Origin: Patellaria atrata CBS 101060
Lineage: Eukaryota
Direction of reading: 5' to 3'
NCBI GenBank assembly: GCA_010093705.1
Contig: MU006091.1
Coordinates: 682,001-746,000, forward strand
DNA: 64,000 nt
In this document: piece after piece, positions 53,169 through 64,000 of the stretch
Layout: each line of letters opens with the position of its first letter
Numbering within the stretch: position 1 is the first letter of the stretch
The notes under the pieces: generated by a model
What the model was told of the DNA's origin: nothing
Seen by the model: only the letters and a program-made list of their open reading frames with translations
Database searches by the model: none
Program-made: the position numbers and the translations under genes

Positions 53169-53454
53169 AATGTTCCGGTCTGTATCGTGTTGTTATTGGC
53201 TTCTATTCGTGCTATCTGATCTCCATTGCTGTTTTGTACATGTGAGGGAGGATCCTCTGGTGTTTGTTCCTCATACCGTAAGGGAACAACGTCACCATTT
53301 AACCGAACTTTACCCTCTAGTCTCATCAGTAAGAAAGCAAACCGCCCAGTGAACAAGGCATTACTCCAACTTCAACTTCTCCATCCTGCGCATTCTTCCG
53401 TACCAGTACGCTCCATTAAATGGCTTAGTTTGGTTTTATCTGATTGTCTTAGAT

Positions 53455-55983
53455 ATGCCACCTAAACGAAAGGCCGGACCAGCAGTCGGCGGACCGAAGG
53501 GCTCCAAAAGAGTGGCTTCCGGCGTTGGGACACCCGTTAGCATTGCGAGCAGTGATGACTACGTAGAAGATGGCGCTACTCCCGTAGACGATGAAGAGGA
53601 AGAGGAGATAGATCATTTAGTACAAAAGTTCTCGGTCGGCAGCTATAGTCGGCAACGTAAAGAGGGCAATACCCGCGATCCAGCGTCCGCCTTCTTCGCG
53701 AATCGTGATTTTGCGTATCTTCCACTCAAGCCAGACCATGCCAATCGTCCAATATGGATTGATCCCAATAAAGGGAAGATGATTCTGGAGAGTTTCTCGC
53801 CCATGTTCAAAGCTGCAGAAGAATTCATGATTGATATAGCGGAGCCTCAGTCAAGAGTATCCCGCATACATGAGTATACCCTTACGCCACATAGCCTTTT
53901 CGCTGCTATTTCAGTAGGACTCACTACAGAGGATGTCTTGAAACGCCTTGAGTTCTTCTCCAAAACCCCTGTGCCTGACGGTATACGGGACTTCGTTATA
54001 GCTTCTACAAAATCATTCGGCAAAGTTCGGCTGGTTCTCAAACATACCAAATATTATATCGAGAGTTCGGATCCGGCTGTATTACAGAAGTTGTTGAAAG
54101 ATCCAATTATAGGACCATGCAGAGTCGAAGATGGAGAAGAGATTACAATGGAGAAGGCGCCACAAAGAGGGGGTTTGTACATCCCAGGTACGAAGATTGC
54201 GGCGGGTGCAAAACAGGCGACGGACCAAACTCAACCTCAAAGGCAGAATGAGGAAGATCAGGAGCAACCTGTAGTACAATCCGATGCTTATCTGGCAGAA
54301 CTCAGAGAAGATGACGACGAGGATGAGGAGACGGACGTCGTACATTCTTTCCAGGTTAGGGCAGATACAGTTCAGACGGTACAGAAACGATGTCGAGATA
54401 TAGATTTACCCCTGACCGAAGAGTACGATTTTCGCAATGATGAAGTCAATGCGAATCTCGATATCGATTTGAAACCTATTGTCTCAATTAGGCACTACCA
54501 GGAGACCGCCCTTGGAAAGATGTTTGGCAACGGACGAGCGAGAAGTGGTATTATCGTCCTTCCTTGCGGAGCTGGGAAGACGTTGGTGGGCATCACAGCA
54601 GCTTGTACGATCAAGAAAGGAGTCATCGTCCTCTGCACCAGTTCTATGTCCGTCGTCCAATGGAGAGGAGAGTTTTTGAAATGGTCCAACGTGAATCCCA
54701 ACGATGTGGCTACCTTTACTGCGGATCACAAGAATATGTTCACGGGGAACACGGGCGTTATCATCTCAACTTACTCGATGGTCACCCAAAGTAGAGGCCG
54801 GTCCTACGACTCCCAGAAGGTTATGGACTTTATCACGAGCCGAGAATGGGGCCTAATGATTTTAGACGAAGTCCACGTCGTACCGGCAGATATGTTCAAG
54901 AAAGTGACCTACGCAGTAGCAGCGCACTCCAAGCTCGGTCTCACCGCCACCCTCCTCCGAGAAGACGACAAAATCGAAGACCTGAACTTCCTCATCGGCC
55001 CCAAACTATACGAAGCCAACTGGCAAGAGCTCTCTGAACAAGGCCACATCGCACGCGTCCAATGCGCCGAAGTCTGGTGTCCCATGACCACCGAATTCTA
55101 CACTGAATACCTCAACTCGACCCGCACGAACCAGCGCTCCCTCCTCTTCACCATGAACCCCCGCAAATTTCAAGCCTGTCAATACCTCATCGACTTCCAC
55201 GAAAGCCGCGGCGACAAGATCATCGTCTTCTCCGACAACGTCTTCGCGCTGCAACGCTACGCCGTCAAGCTCAAGAAACCGTTCATCTACGGCGCAACCG
55301 GCACCGCAGAGCGTCTCCAGATCCTCGAAAACTTCTCGCACAACGAGAACGTCAGCACCATCTTCCTCTCCAAGATTGGGGATACCTCGCTTGATCTCCC
55401 CGAGGCAACCTGTCTCATACAGATCTCCTCGCACTATGGCTCTCGTCGGCAGGAGGCTCAGCGACTCGGCCGCATTCTCAGAGCTAAACGTCGTAACGAC
55501 GAGGGCTTCAACGCTTTCTTCTATTCTCTAGTGTCCAAGGACACGAACGAGATGTACTACTCCTCCAAGCGGCAAGCCTTCCTTGTCGACCAGGGCTACG
55601 CTTTCAAAGTGATAACGCATCTCGCCGGCATGGAAAAGATGCCCGATCTCGCCTTCACCACGCCTCAAGAGCGGCGAGAACTCCTCGCCGACGTCCTGCT
55701 TCAGAGCGAAGAGGTTGGCGGTGTCGAGAAGATTGACGGCGACCTATTCAGCATAGATGGTGCGGGACGCAAGCGGAAGGGAGGCAAGAAAGGAGGCGTA
55801 AGGAGAGCGGCGGGCCTATTGGGCGATCTGTCAGGTGCGGGTGATATGGCGTATAAGGAGTTCAATACGAGCAAGAATAAGGATTTGAAGGGGCAAAGAA
55901 ATACGGTGCATACGGCTTTCATGCGGAAGTTGGGGAGAGATGTTAGTAAGAGGAAGGCGGCGGCGAAGGAGTTACCGCAGTGA
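53455..55983 (+). CDS. SSL2: TFIIH helicase/translocase XPB
   Basis: AEPQSR..IHEY.LT..SL.AA, VLPCGAGKT, LDEVH, GLTATLLREDD, SRRQEAQRLGRILRAK. Confidence 0.98.
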   Translation: MPPKRKAGPAVGGPKGSKRVASGVGTPVSIASSDDYVEDGATPVDDEEEEEIDHLVQKFSVGSYSRQRKEGNTRDPASAFFANRDFAYLPLKPDHANRPIWIDPNKGKMILESFSPMFKAAEEFMIDIAEPQSRVSRIHEYTLTPHSLFAAISVGLTTEDVLKRLEFFSKTPVPDGIRDFVIASTKSFGKVRLVLKHTKYYIESSDPAVLQKLLKDPIIGPCRVEDGEEITMEKAPQRGGLYIPGTKIAAGAKQATDQTQPQRQNEEDQEQPVVQSDAYLAELREDDDEDEETDVVHSFQVRADTVQTVQKRCRDIDLPLTEEYDFRNDEVNANLDIDLKPIVSIRHYQETALGKMFGNGRARSGIIVLPCGAGKTLVGITAACTIKKGVIVLCTSSMSVVQWRGEFLKWSNVNPNDVATFTADHKNMFTGNTGVIISTYSMVTQSRGRSYDSQKVMDFITSREWGLMILDEVHVVPADMFKKVTYAVAAHSKLGLTATLLREDDKIEDLNFLIGPKLYEANWQELSEQGHIARVQCAEVWCPMTTEFYTEYLNSTRTNQRSLLFTMNPRKFQACQYLIDFHESRGDKIIVFSDNVFALQRYAVKLKKPFIYGATGTAERLQILENFSHNENVSTIFLSKIGDTSLDLPEATCLIQISSHYGSRRQEAQRLGRILRAKRRNDEGFNAFFYSLVSKDTNEMYYSSKRQAFLVDQGYAFKVITHLAGMEKMPDLAFTTPQERRELLADVLLQSEEVGGVEKIDGDLFSIDGAGRKRKGGKKGGVRRAAGLLGDLSGAGDMAYKEFNTSKNKDLKGQRNTVHTAFMRKLGRDVSKRKAAAKELPQ

Positions 55984-56859
55984 GGGAATTTGCACTCTAG
56001 GTAGAAGAAATTGGGAATTCATAACTGCATTTATAGAGCGAGTCTGATAGGGTTCATGGATAGGAGCATTGGGCGGAGTTGGTAGATTTTGTACGGCGTG
56101 TCTGAGCATACATTTTCGTAGAACTAATCACTCTGGAGTGGAGTTTGGGTACCGCATCTTCATACCCACCGTATAAGATCATATTCTTCTTCTCACTGTA
56201 CCATTCAACCTTGTCCTCTGATGACGTACCCGGGCTTCCAAACGAGCAGGTATTCCTCCCGTATGCGAATTGCTCAATTCTCCCTCGTACCGTGCCGAAA
56301 GGTCATACAGTCCTCGTGCACGCAACCAACGTGAGTACAGGACAAGTACCCAACATATCCATGCGAAAAGGTACACTGGAAACAAAGTGTGTGAGAAAAG
56401 GGGAACGGTGGCAGGGGTCAGGGCGTCGAACGCGGAGTAAGCAGATGCGGAGGCAAAGGATCTCAATAATCCGTCGATCCTGCGAGCTTACGGCACCGGT
56501 ACTGTATTGTACACTACGAAACGGCGTTCAAGGCAGTCAGAGTATCAAGTTCCCCTGTTACAAGCGTCGAGGCACTGGACTCCACTGTGCGTGTACTGTA
56601 TTCAATTCATCAAAGTTTTCCATTATCCCACATCAATCGTTACGCAAAAAAGAACTGTACCCCAGCCGTAAGGTACTGTATGTACCCCTCATTCAGCCCT
56701 GCCCGCAATATCGCCAATCACCAGAAGCCCCGCACCGCATTCACCCCCACGCGGCATCCAAGTTTCGTTCCATCAGGTTGCACAGATCCTCCCTTGCTTG
56801 TACGCCATCGACGTACAAACACTTTTGGCAACGCTCGAGGCGGTACATGGCGGGGTCCC

Positions 56860-58364
56860 TTAGTCCGGCCCGCTGACGGCACCGTTCTCGACGCTTCGCA
56901 GCGCACCCAACGCACGCTCGAGCTCGTCTTCTCCCACCATGACGCTGCCGGCCCTCGCGGTGCTGAGATACGTCATCTCGACGGCGCCCTCGATGGTCCC
57001 GGTAGTCCCACCGACAAGCCTGCCGGCGACACCGCAGACGATGCCGGTGCTCTCGAGCGGGAGGGCGCGGAGGTCGAGCATGATTGGTATCAGTACATCA
57101 TCTCTGCTGCCGAGGAGTGCGGAGTCGTTGTGGCGGGGACCGTCGAAGAGGGGCAGGAGCCTCGTTTCGAGCAGGAGCGAGGCGTCTTCCCCTTCGGTGA
57201 GGGTGAGGGAGAGGAACTTGGGCCGCTCGACGAGACAGCGGACCAGGGCGAGGTGGAAGCGGTCGTCGAGCTGGGATTTGCCGAAGCTGCTGCTGGAGCC
57301 GATGGCGCCGTAGGTGGTGCTGTCTTTGCGGCCGCCGCAGTGGACAAGCCGGATCGAGGGGTCGACGGTGGGGACGACATTGCTGCGCTTGAGCGTGGCG
57401 AAGGTCCGGGTTTGGAGCTCGTCCAGGGTTGCTGGGGGTGGGGTGGGAGGAGGGAGGGTCTCTTGCGAGGAGTTTGAGGATTGGTAGCGGTGATGTGGTG
57501 AACTAACGTATGCTGATGCACTCTTTTGGAAGAAGAAACCGGTATTTTCGAGGGCACGGATGACTTGGCCCCTGTTGCGGAGGGGGACGAGGATGTAATC
57601 GGAGAAGTAGGTGGTGATGAAGAAAATGGGACTAGGAGAGGTTAGCTATTAGAATTGAGGAGAGCATGGTGGAGAGGACTTGCATTCCAGCTAGTGCAAG
57701 AGGCGAGGTAAGTTCAAGCACCCTTTGACCGGCGTTTAATCCCTCTCCATCAACTTGCATTACTACATAGTCTTCGTTGGCGATAATGACTTCTTGTCTT
57801 CTTGATTCATGTAATCGATCTCTTGCTTGGACGAACAGTTCCTGCGCTAACAATCTTGGACATGCTATCGAACACTCGACAGGAGTTACTGAAATATTGA
57901 TGAACGGCTGAATTTTGTTCGGCTGCTCCCACGCCGATTCATCATTCTTCCTAAACCCGTCACTGGACTCGGTTCCGGTTTCCGAATCAGTCTCTCTCTC
58001 GGTTGAGAGAAGAAGAAGTTTCAGAATGGGTTGAAGGAATTCTGCATAAAGATCAAGAGGAATATGAATTAGAGCCAGCTGAGATTCCTGCAACAAAATC
58101 ATAATGGTAAGCTTAAGGTTCGGAGCTCCATGGTGTGCTTGAGAGAAATTTTCAAGATGAGGCAAACAAAAAGAAAGAAGCCGGTGAGAGGAAGCTTCTA
58201 GGAAATTATATAATCCAGCCTTACGACCAGCCAAGGCGCCCCATTACGATAGATCTGGGCAACAGATATGCAGGCGAATGCACACATACTGGATGAGGAC
58301 CACTTACAAGAAATGTAATACGTGCGCTCATCAACGATAGTGTCATCGACGGATTCATTTCCAT
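56860..58364 (-). CDS. CASTOR/GATS-like ACT-domain protein, 3 exons (58364-58308, 58087-57684, 57631-56860)
   Basis: ITFL|ESQLALIHIP, FINISVTPVECSI, LTSPLALAGI|PIFFITTYFSDYILVP, LPLESTGIVCGVAGRL, YLSTARAGSVMV. Intron 2 is GC-AG. Confidence 0.85.
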
Positions 58365-59977
58365 TTTGTGTGACGCCCAGATCCGGGGACCAAAATAGAA
58401 GCTAGCAGGATGAGTTACCTAGAAATCCCCTATCTATGGGGTATGTGCGTCAGACCCGGGGTTTTCTGCAGGCAACCGTAAGGTAATCCACCGCAGTGGG
58501 GAAGATGATGGAGTCTACGGGCACGAGCGGGAAAAAGCAACCGTATCTAGAGGTGAGGCGTGGTGAAGTAAAGTTTCAGTAATGTCTTTCCAAGGGAATC
58601 CAGTCGCGTGCCCTCAACGATTGATATGCTCTTGTCCAACAGGCCAATGGGATATATCGTTCTTGAAGTTCATTCCCAATATCTTATTGAAGTTTAAAAT
58701 GTGCCGATTTGTAGTAGGATGACGAAAGGTAAGCAGTAATTGAAAGCACTGGATCACCAGACTGATAAGAAAACGGAGTCCTTGGCCTGTATCCGTAATG
58801 AGATATTGGCGAGATCCTAATAAGCGGGCGTGGAATATGAAGAAGGATGGGAATATTGAAGAAAGAAAGGTGTCACAAGGATAGGTGGGAGTGAAAGTTT
58901 AAAGTTCGACGAACAGCAAGAACATAGTCGTAGAGACGAAGACGTATAGTTGCAATTCGAGGGTTGATCTTAATGCTTGAATGTTTTGCTTGAATAGATG
59001 GCGTATGAGTCTGGGGTAGTTCTAAGGAGTCTTGCCCGGTCCAGCGTGGGGAAGCGATTGGAGAGCGGCAATTGGCTATAAAGGTGAGGTATAATTGCTC
59101 GATCTGAAGCCCCTGTACGACGAAAGGACGCTCTCCCGCGAAAAAAGAGGCACGAGGTGCAGCGTGGGATTTTTTTTTAAGATGTTAATATTGACTATTA
59201 ACTGCAAAACACCCCGAACGGACTTTTTGCCCTGTCTATGCTCTATATCCAATGATGCGTGCTGACAGAATGGACTGAGCGGCGGTTATTGCGGGTAGCA
59301 TTCAATCCATAATAAGTAGTAGGAGGCTGTTTATGGCTTTTCTTTGAAATGAAAGTTGATAGGATATTATGAAGACAAAGGATCAAGAATTGGCTTACGT
59401 AGGGGGAGGAAGAAAAAAAGAAGTGCGGGCAGACCACGGTACAGTGTAAAAGTAAAACGGGGCGATGGAATACTTTATTAGAACTAGAACTACTCCCAGT
59501 GAGTGCAGCCGAAGACGGCCATGAATACCTAAGGTAGTTCTAAGTTCTGAACTATAAAGGAACCGCTTAAGACCCAGTTATATGGTCATAAATCGCTCCT
59601 TGGTTGTTCTCATATCTCTGATTCCAACTGGGGAGTTGCATGCCGTACACACACAGACTACTTCCATCCAAGGGGACAAAAAGCGGTCTTGTTCAAAGGG
59701 CGGAAGCGGCCTACTTGTTGAATACCTTTAAGCGTCTTAGAAGAATGCTAAGGTTACTGTAGCTGCTATTCGGTGCTTCTGGCCACGGGATATCAGCTTG
59801 TCGATTGATATTTAGCGGTATCATGCTATTACTCTTTGCCTTTACATTTACAGTACTGCAAACTGATTAACTGCGCATGCCATGCAATTGCGATGCCAAT
59901 AAAGGATGGTACCAAGGACGCACAAACGACAATGAACCGGCTGGGGAATGGTCTCCTCGAATAATGACAATAGGGTG

Positions 59978-60001
59978 ATGCAGTATATGCAGTATATGCA
60001 G
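59978..60001. repeat. 9-bp tandem repeat (atgcagtat) x2.7
   Basis: Read directly from the sequence. Confidence 0.7.
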
Positions 60002-61850
60002 ATCTTAAACGTGCTGTGAGTTTGTTGGTTGAGGGGATGAGGTTCAAGCCTCATGCTACTTTTCGTTTATCGTCAGCCCATCCTCACCGATGCGATCATC
60101 TTATTAGGTTGCTGTACAGTAATTCAGAACTCTCGAGCTTGTTCGTGCTTGGCCATGCCGAGGGAAACTACGAACTGATGAAAATCCTGAAAGCTTTCTT
60201 TGTCCTCGATCCATCTCTTTCCCTTAGCATTAAAGCATCCTGTATGTCCCTGGGCTTTGCATCTTACCTTATTCTCTGCAACCATATCACGCCCTTCTCC
60301 TCCAATCCATTCGTTGATCCGCGTCTAGATTCCTAAGATATCGGATGCTCCCCTTGGTCCCTGAATGTACCTGATTCCTGCAGAACCCGATAAGTTGTCA
60401 AAGCCGATGATATCCTACCTATCACCACTAACTAAGTACGGACATTAGAGCATCGGTTTATGTTTATAGATCCGTTGGCCGATAACCATATCGAGGAAAT
60501 ATCCGCTACGAGCACTGCAAGTCATTTCTCCGTCACGTAAGGCCATCCCAGATCACTATCGGAACCTACCTGGTACATGTACACATCAAGGTTGGAGCTT
60601 CTAAAAGACGCATATACTAGCAAGGTAGAACTAGTCTCCGAAAATGATGAAAGGACGGAATCGCGGCTCATTCGAATTGCGTACAGCATCCAGCTGGAAC
60701 GAGTAAAGGGACAACAAACCCATTCAATCCAGCCAATCCTCGACCGGGTGTGCATTCTACGTATATACATGCACGTTGAAGCCACTGGAATCATCGCCTG
60801 ACATTGACCTCTTGGGACAGTCCTGCACGAATGATGCGAGTACGTTTTACCTGCGCTGGATGTACTATGGAGGTACAGGACAGTACGTTGATCCAGGTGA
60901 GTACAGCTCGACAGGATGAAGCTCACATTGGACGTACCCTACCTTTACCTAGGGACATCCTGATAAACTCATGTATCCCTCGACTGACACCATATGAAGT
61001 CGTTCGGTTACACTGTACCCCACACTTTATACAAAGAGCAACCTCGCGGATTCGGATAGACTCCGAAGCCAAGGTAACGACGAACGCTGCAACTACGAGT
61101 CGCACAGCAGGTGAACTCATGTATTTATTGTCTTCGTATAATTGAGGGGTTGAAGGATTCGCTATTAACTCACTTGTTGTGCCACTCAGGAACACGCATC
61201 TGCGAGCGGAGCTGACATATCATGCTCTATGCCGTCGGTGGATTCATCTGATACGGGTCGGATCATCGCCATTGACCGTTGTTCGATAATCGGAGACAAA
61301 TATGAACTTTGGCACTCTCTTTCTGTTCGGATGCTTTGCTAATGACGTTATCCTCAACTTGAAGAAGGATATTGAACCTATAAGTTTTTTGATGGCGATT
61401 CTCGCGGAAGCTTAATTTATTGCAACGGAGGGGTACTGTAACCTTTACATGCGCGTGGGGGTGCCAAGGCCCGCAGTTGAGACCCCAGCTGAGATGTTCT
61501 ATTTCAAGGCACGATGCACGATGATGGATATCAGTCCTCAAGTCCTCAGAACAAGGACGCCTTACTTCATGATAGAACGCCCTATTGTCCAGGGAGCCGA
61601 AGTAGTTTGGAACAGTCTCCTACTTGGACCCTTGAGATACCACCCTAGGCAAGTACAGTACACGTACTCCGCAATATAAACGGTCATGAGATTTGTGTTC
61701 GGGAAATTTTCATTCATTTGAAGTGAAGGTATGTACAATCATTTAATCTTAACAAGAACTACCTGGTATTATGAAGAAATGCTGCTGAAAAGCTTAGGTA
61801 TAGCGAAAAGGAAGTTGAAGGTCTCATGGAAACCGTTCTCTATTCACTGT

Positions 61851-64000
61851 TTAAGTGCACTGAATTGGCAAGCATTAGTACTGATAGTAAGCTATAGGAT
61901 TTAGATATTACACACCTGCGAGAGCCAGTCGTGGAAGTAGGTGCACTTTGACCCTTCAACGCAATTCCTCGGACCATCGTAGGAGAGACCGCCGCACTGG
62001 GAGAACTACTCAAGAAGATGTCAGCACCTTTCCACAGCATTTATATGAGACGCCATTGATGCTATAGCCAAGTCGTCTATAGTCGAAGAGAGAGCTAATA
62101 TTAAGAGAAGAAAGGAAAACAAACCTTGTCTTGAGGTCTAAGTTTCGGTAGTGCGAGGATGCGAGCAGCGGCGTGCTCCGCAGCTGCGACGATGAGCGAA
62201 CTGGGGTTAGTCGCAACATGTCCGGGGAAGATAGAGGCATCAACAACATGGATGTTGTCAGTGCCATAAACCTGGGCATTGAGATCCAGAACAGCGGTTC
62301 CTCCCTTCACGCCGCTATCGGTGCCGATCTTGCTGGTGCCGATCCAATGGTTTGACCGACGCTTAGCTGAACTGACTTCGATCTATCATTCCTGTTAGCA
62401 AAACATCCTCATGGTATCTTTCACGTTTCGTCTCTGGAGTACACATACCGAATTGACGTAGGCCTCAGCCGTCTGGTTTGGTGCTGGGTAGACGAAGGTG
62501 AGGTTGGGGAATTTTGACAATGCAGCCTGTATGTTCGCTACACCTTGGATGACTGCTGCCTTGTCTCCTGCCGTTTTGAGGTATGGGGCATCAGAAACAA
62601 CCATGCTCAATCTGGGTGTGATGGTCAGACGACCGCGACTGGTTGAACCTCGACCAAGATACTGGCTGATTGTCATGTAGTCTAGGAAATATCAGCTTAG
62701 AGATCTAAAGAGTTTGCAAAGAAGTCGCTTACGAGGATCCAAACTGTCGGGGCCTTCAACACGAGCAGTATATTGCAATTGTCTGGTAACACCGTCTGAT
62801 CCGGAGATCTCCTCCCAGAATACAGGGCCAATGTTTGGAGCTGCCTGTGTCAGAATACCAGTCCGGTTCGCTAGGTAACGATCCTTGTCTTCCGGAATAG
62901 GATCAGTCCAAGCCTCGTAAAAGTCATAGAAGGTCACATTCGGGTGAGAGACAATCATATCAGTCTGCAATGAACGTTAGCTCCTACCATACTTTTCAGG
63001 TCAAGTTTCTTACGTTAACATGATCGTTCAAGTTCATTCCTACTGGAGTCTTGATCCATTCGGTACTGTTGATGAAGCTTGCACCGTCCGTAGCACTTCC
63101 AGCCACGACTTTGAGTTGATCCTCTGGACCAATTCCGCTTCGGAAGAGGATCTTGGTGCTACCAAAGGTACCAGCGGACAGGATAACTCGCCCTGTGTTT
63201 GGTGTCAAGTTGATAGTGTAACAATTACCGCCTTCAAGTTCGACACCTGTAGCATGGCCTCCCTTTCGAACGATCCTTCGGACTGAGGCGTTCGTCATCA
63301 ACTTGAAGTTACTGCGCTTGCTTGCGGTGACAAGGTAGGTGGCTAGAGGACCGCCTCTTTCGCCGTTCTCGAACATGTATGGAGTGAGGGAGTAAGTCTT
63401 GTTCTTCAGATCGGGCTGCTTGTTCGCTGTTACACTCTTCCATCCAGCCCTAGACAACGCGGTGGAGAGAACATTGAAACCTTCCTGATAGTACAGTTTA
63501 CCATCTTTCGATGGGTGGTCGGTTCCAGGAATACGCTGGAATGTGCGAGAGACGGCAGCAGCGAGATCTTTTGCCTTCCAACCTGCCGGGAAATTGTAGT
63601 CCCAATCGATCGCGGGAGGTTTCCACCAGAGAGCAGCATTAACAGCTGTGCCACCACCGAGGACACATCCGGCCATTTGATCGATATCCGAACACGCAAT
63701 TCCAGCGGAATCGACCCAGATCTGGTTGCAAAGACCAGGAACGTCGAAACGGGTAAGGTTCGTGCCATCCAACCAGTCAGGCCTCCAGTTTTCTCTCACC
63801 TCTCCTCCCCATCGTCCTGAAGATGTCGGACCTCTCTCGAGCAGGAGCACCTTCTTTCCTGCTTCTGACAACTTGTCTGCAATCGGAATACCACCAGCAC
63901 CAGCGCCGACGACGATATAATCGTATGTCTCTGTGGGAGCAGTTGTCGCTGTGCATGTGGGCACTGCAGAAGTGGTTGAAGTGACAGTTGCAGTTGCAGT
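61851..64000 (-). CDS. cdh: Cellobiose dehydrogenase (AA3_1 flavin domain) with C-terminal CBM1; 5' end lies outside the window
   Basis: Thr-rich linker, YDYIVVGAGAGGIPIADKLSEAG, LTRFDVPGLCNQIW, GCVLGGGTAVNA, NHWIGT, VDASIFPG..TNP, then spliced FSQCGGLSYDGPRNCVEGSKCTYFHDWLSQ|CT*. Confidence 0.93.

Noticed and set aside
56587..57477. 296-aa plus-strand ORF (and 56145-56876)
   Set aside because: Largely antisense to the CASTOR-like last exon, with non-ATG starts and no recognisable domain.
59104..59126. CTGAAG...CGAAA as a hammerhead ribozyme core
   Set aside because: Does not match CUGANGA and lacks stem II pairing.
60016..61679. Scattered 70-130 aa ORFs between the CASTOR-like gene and CDH
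   Set aside because: I could not build a coherent exon chain or recognise a motif. A decayed gene is not excluded.

Overview
Gene-dense, intron-containing fungal chromosome segment (Pezizomycotina; GTRAGT/GTATGT donors, CTRAC branch points, mostly 50-60 nt introns). Recognisable housekeeping genes in order: SRP54, UGO1, mitochondrial ferredoxin (YAH1), a CID/RS-rich protein, HAT2/RbAp48, XRN1, a SAYSvFN (SAYSD1) protein, UBP15/USP7, a PDK/BCKDK-type kinase, a PMP3/SNA proteolipid, acetoacetyl-CoA synthetase ending in -SRL, an MFS transporter, SAM decarboxylase (SPE2), an epoxide-hydrolase-like protein, HID1/ECM30, XPB/SSL2, a CASTOR/ACT protein, and the 3' part of a cellobiose dehydrogenase with a C-terminal CBM1. 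There are also several hypothetical genes. I saw no rRNA, tRNA, CRISPR array or intact transposon. The most notable observations are: (1) a spliced uORF followed by a hairpin cluster in the SPE2 leader; (2) a 624-nt HAT2 intron holding a 157-codon repeat-bearing ORF that can splice in frame; (3) an epoxide hydrolase homolog lacking its catalytic residues; (4) a SAYSD1 homolog in a lineage generally lacking UFM1; (5) recurring C-rich to G-rich compositional switches near gene 3' ends; (6) two GC-AG introns. All exon coordinates were derived by eye and are not confirmed by transcripts.
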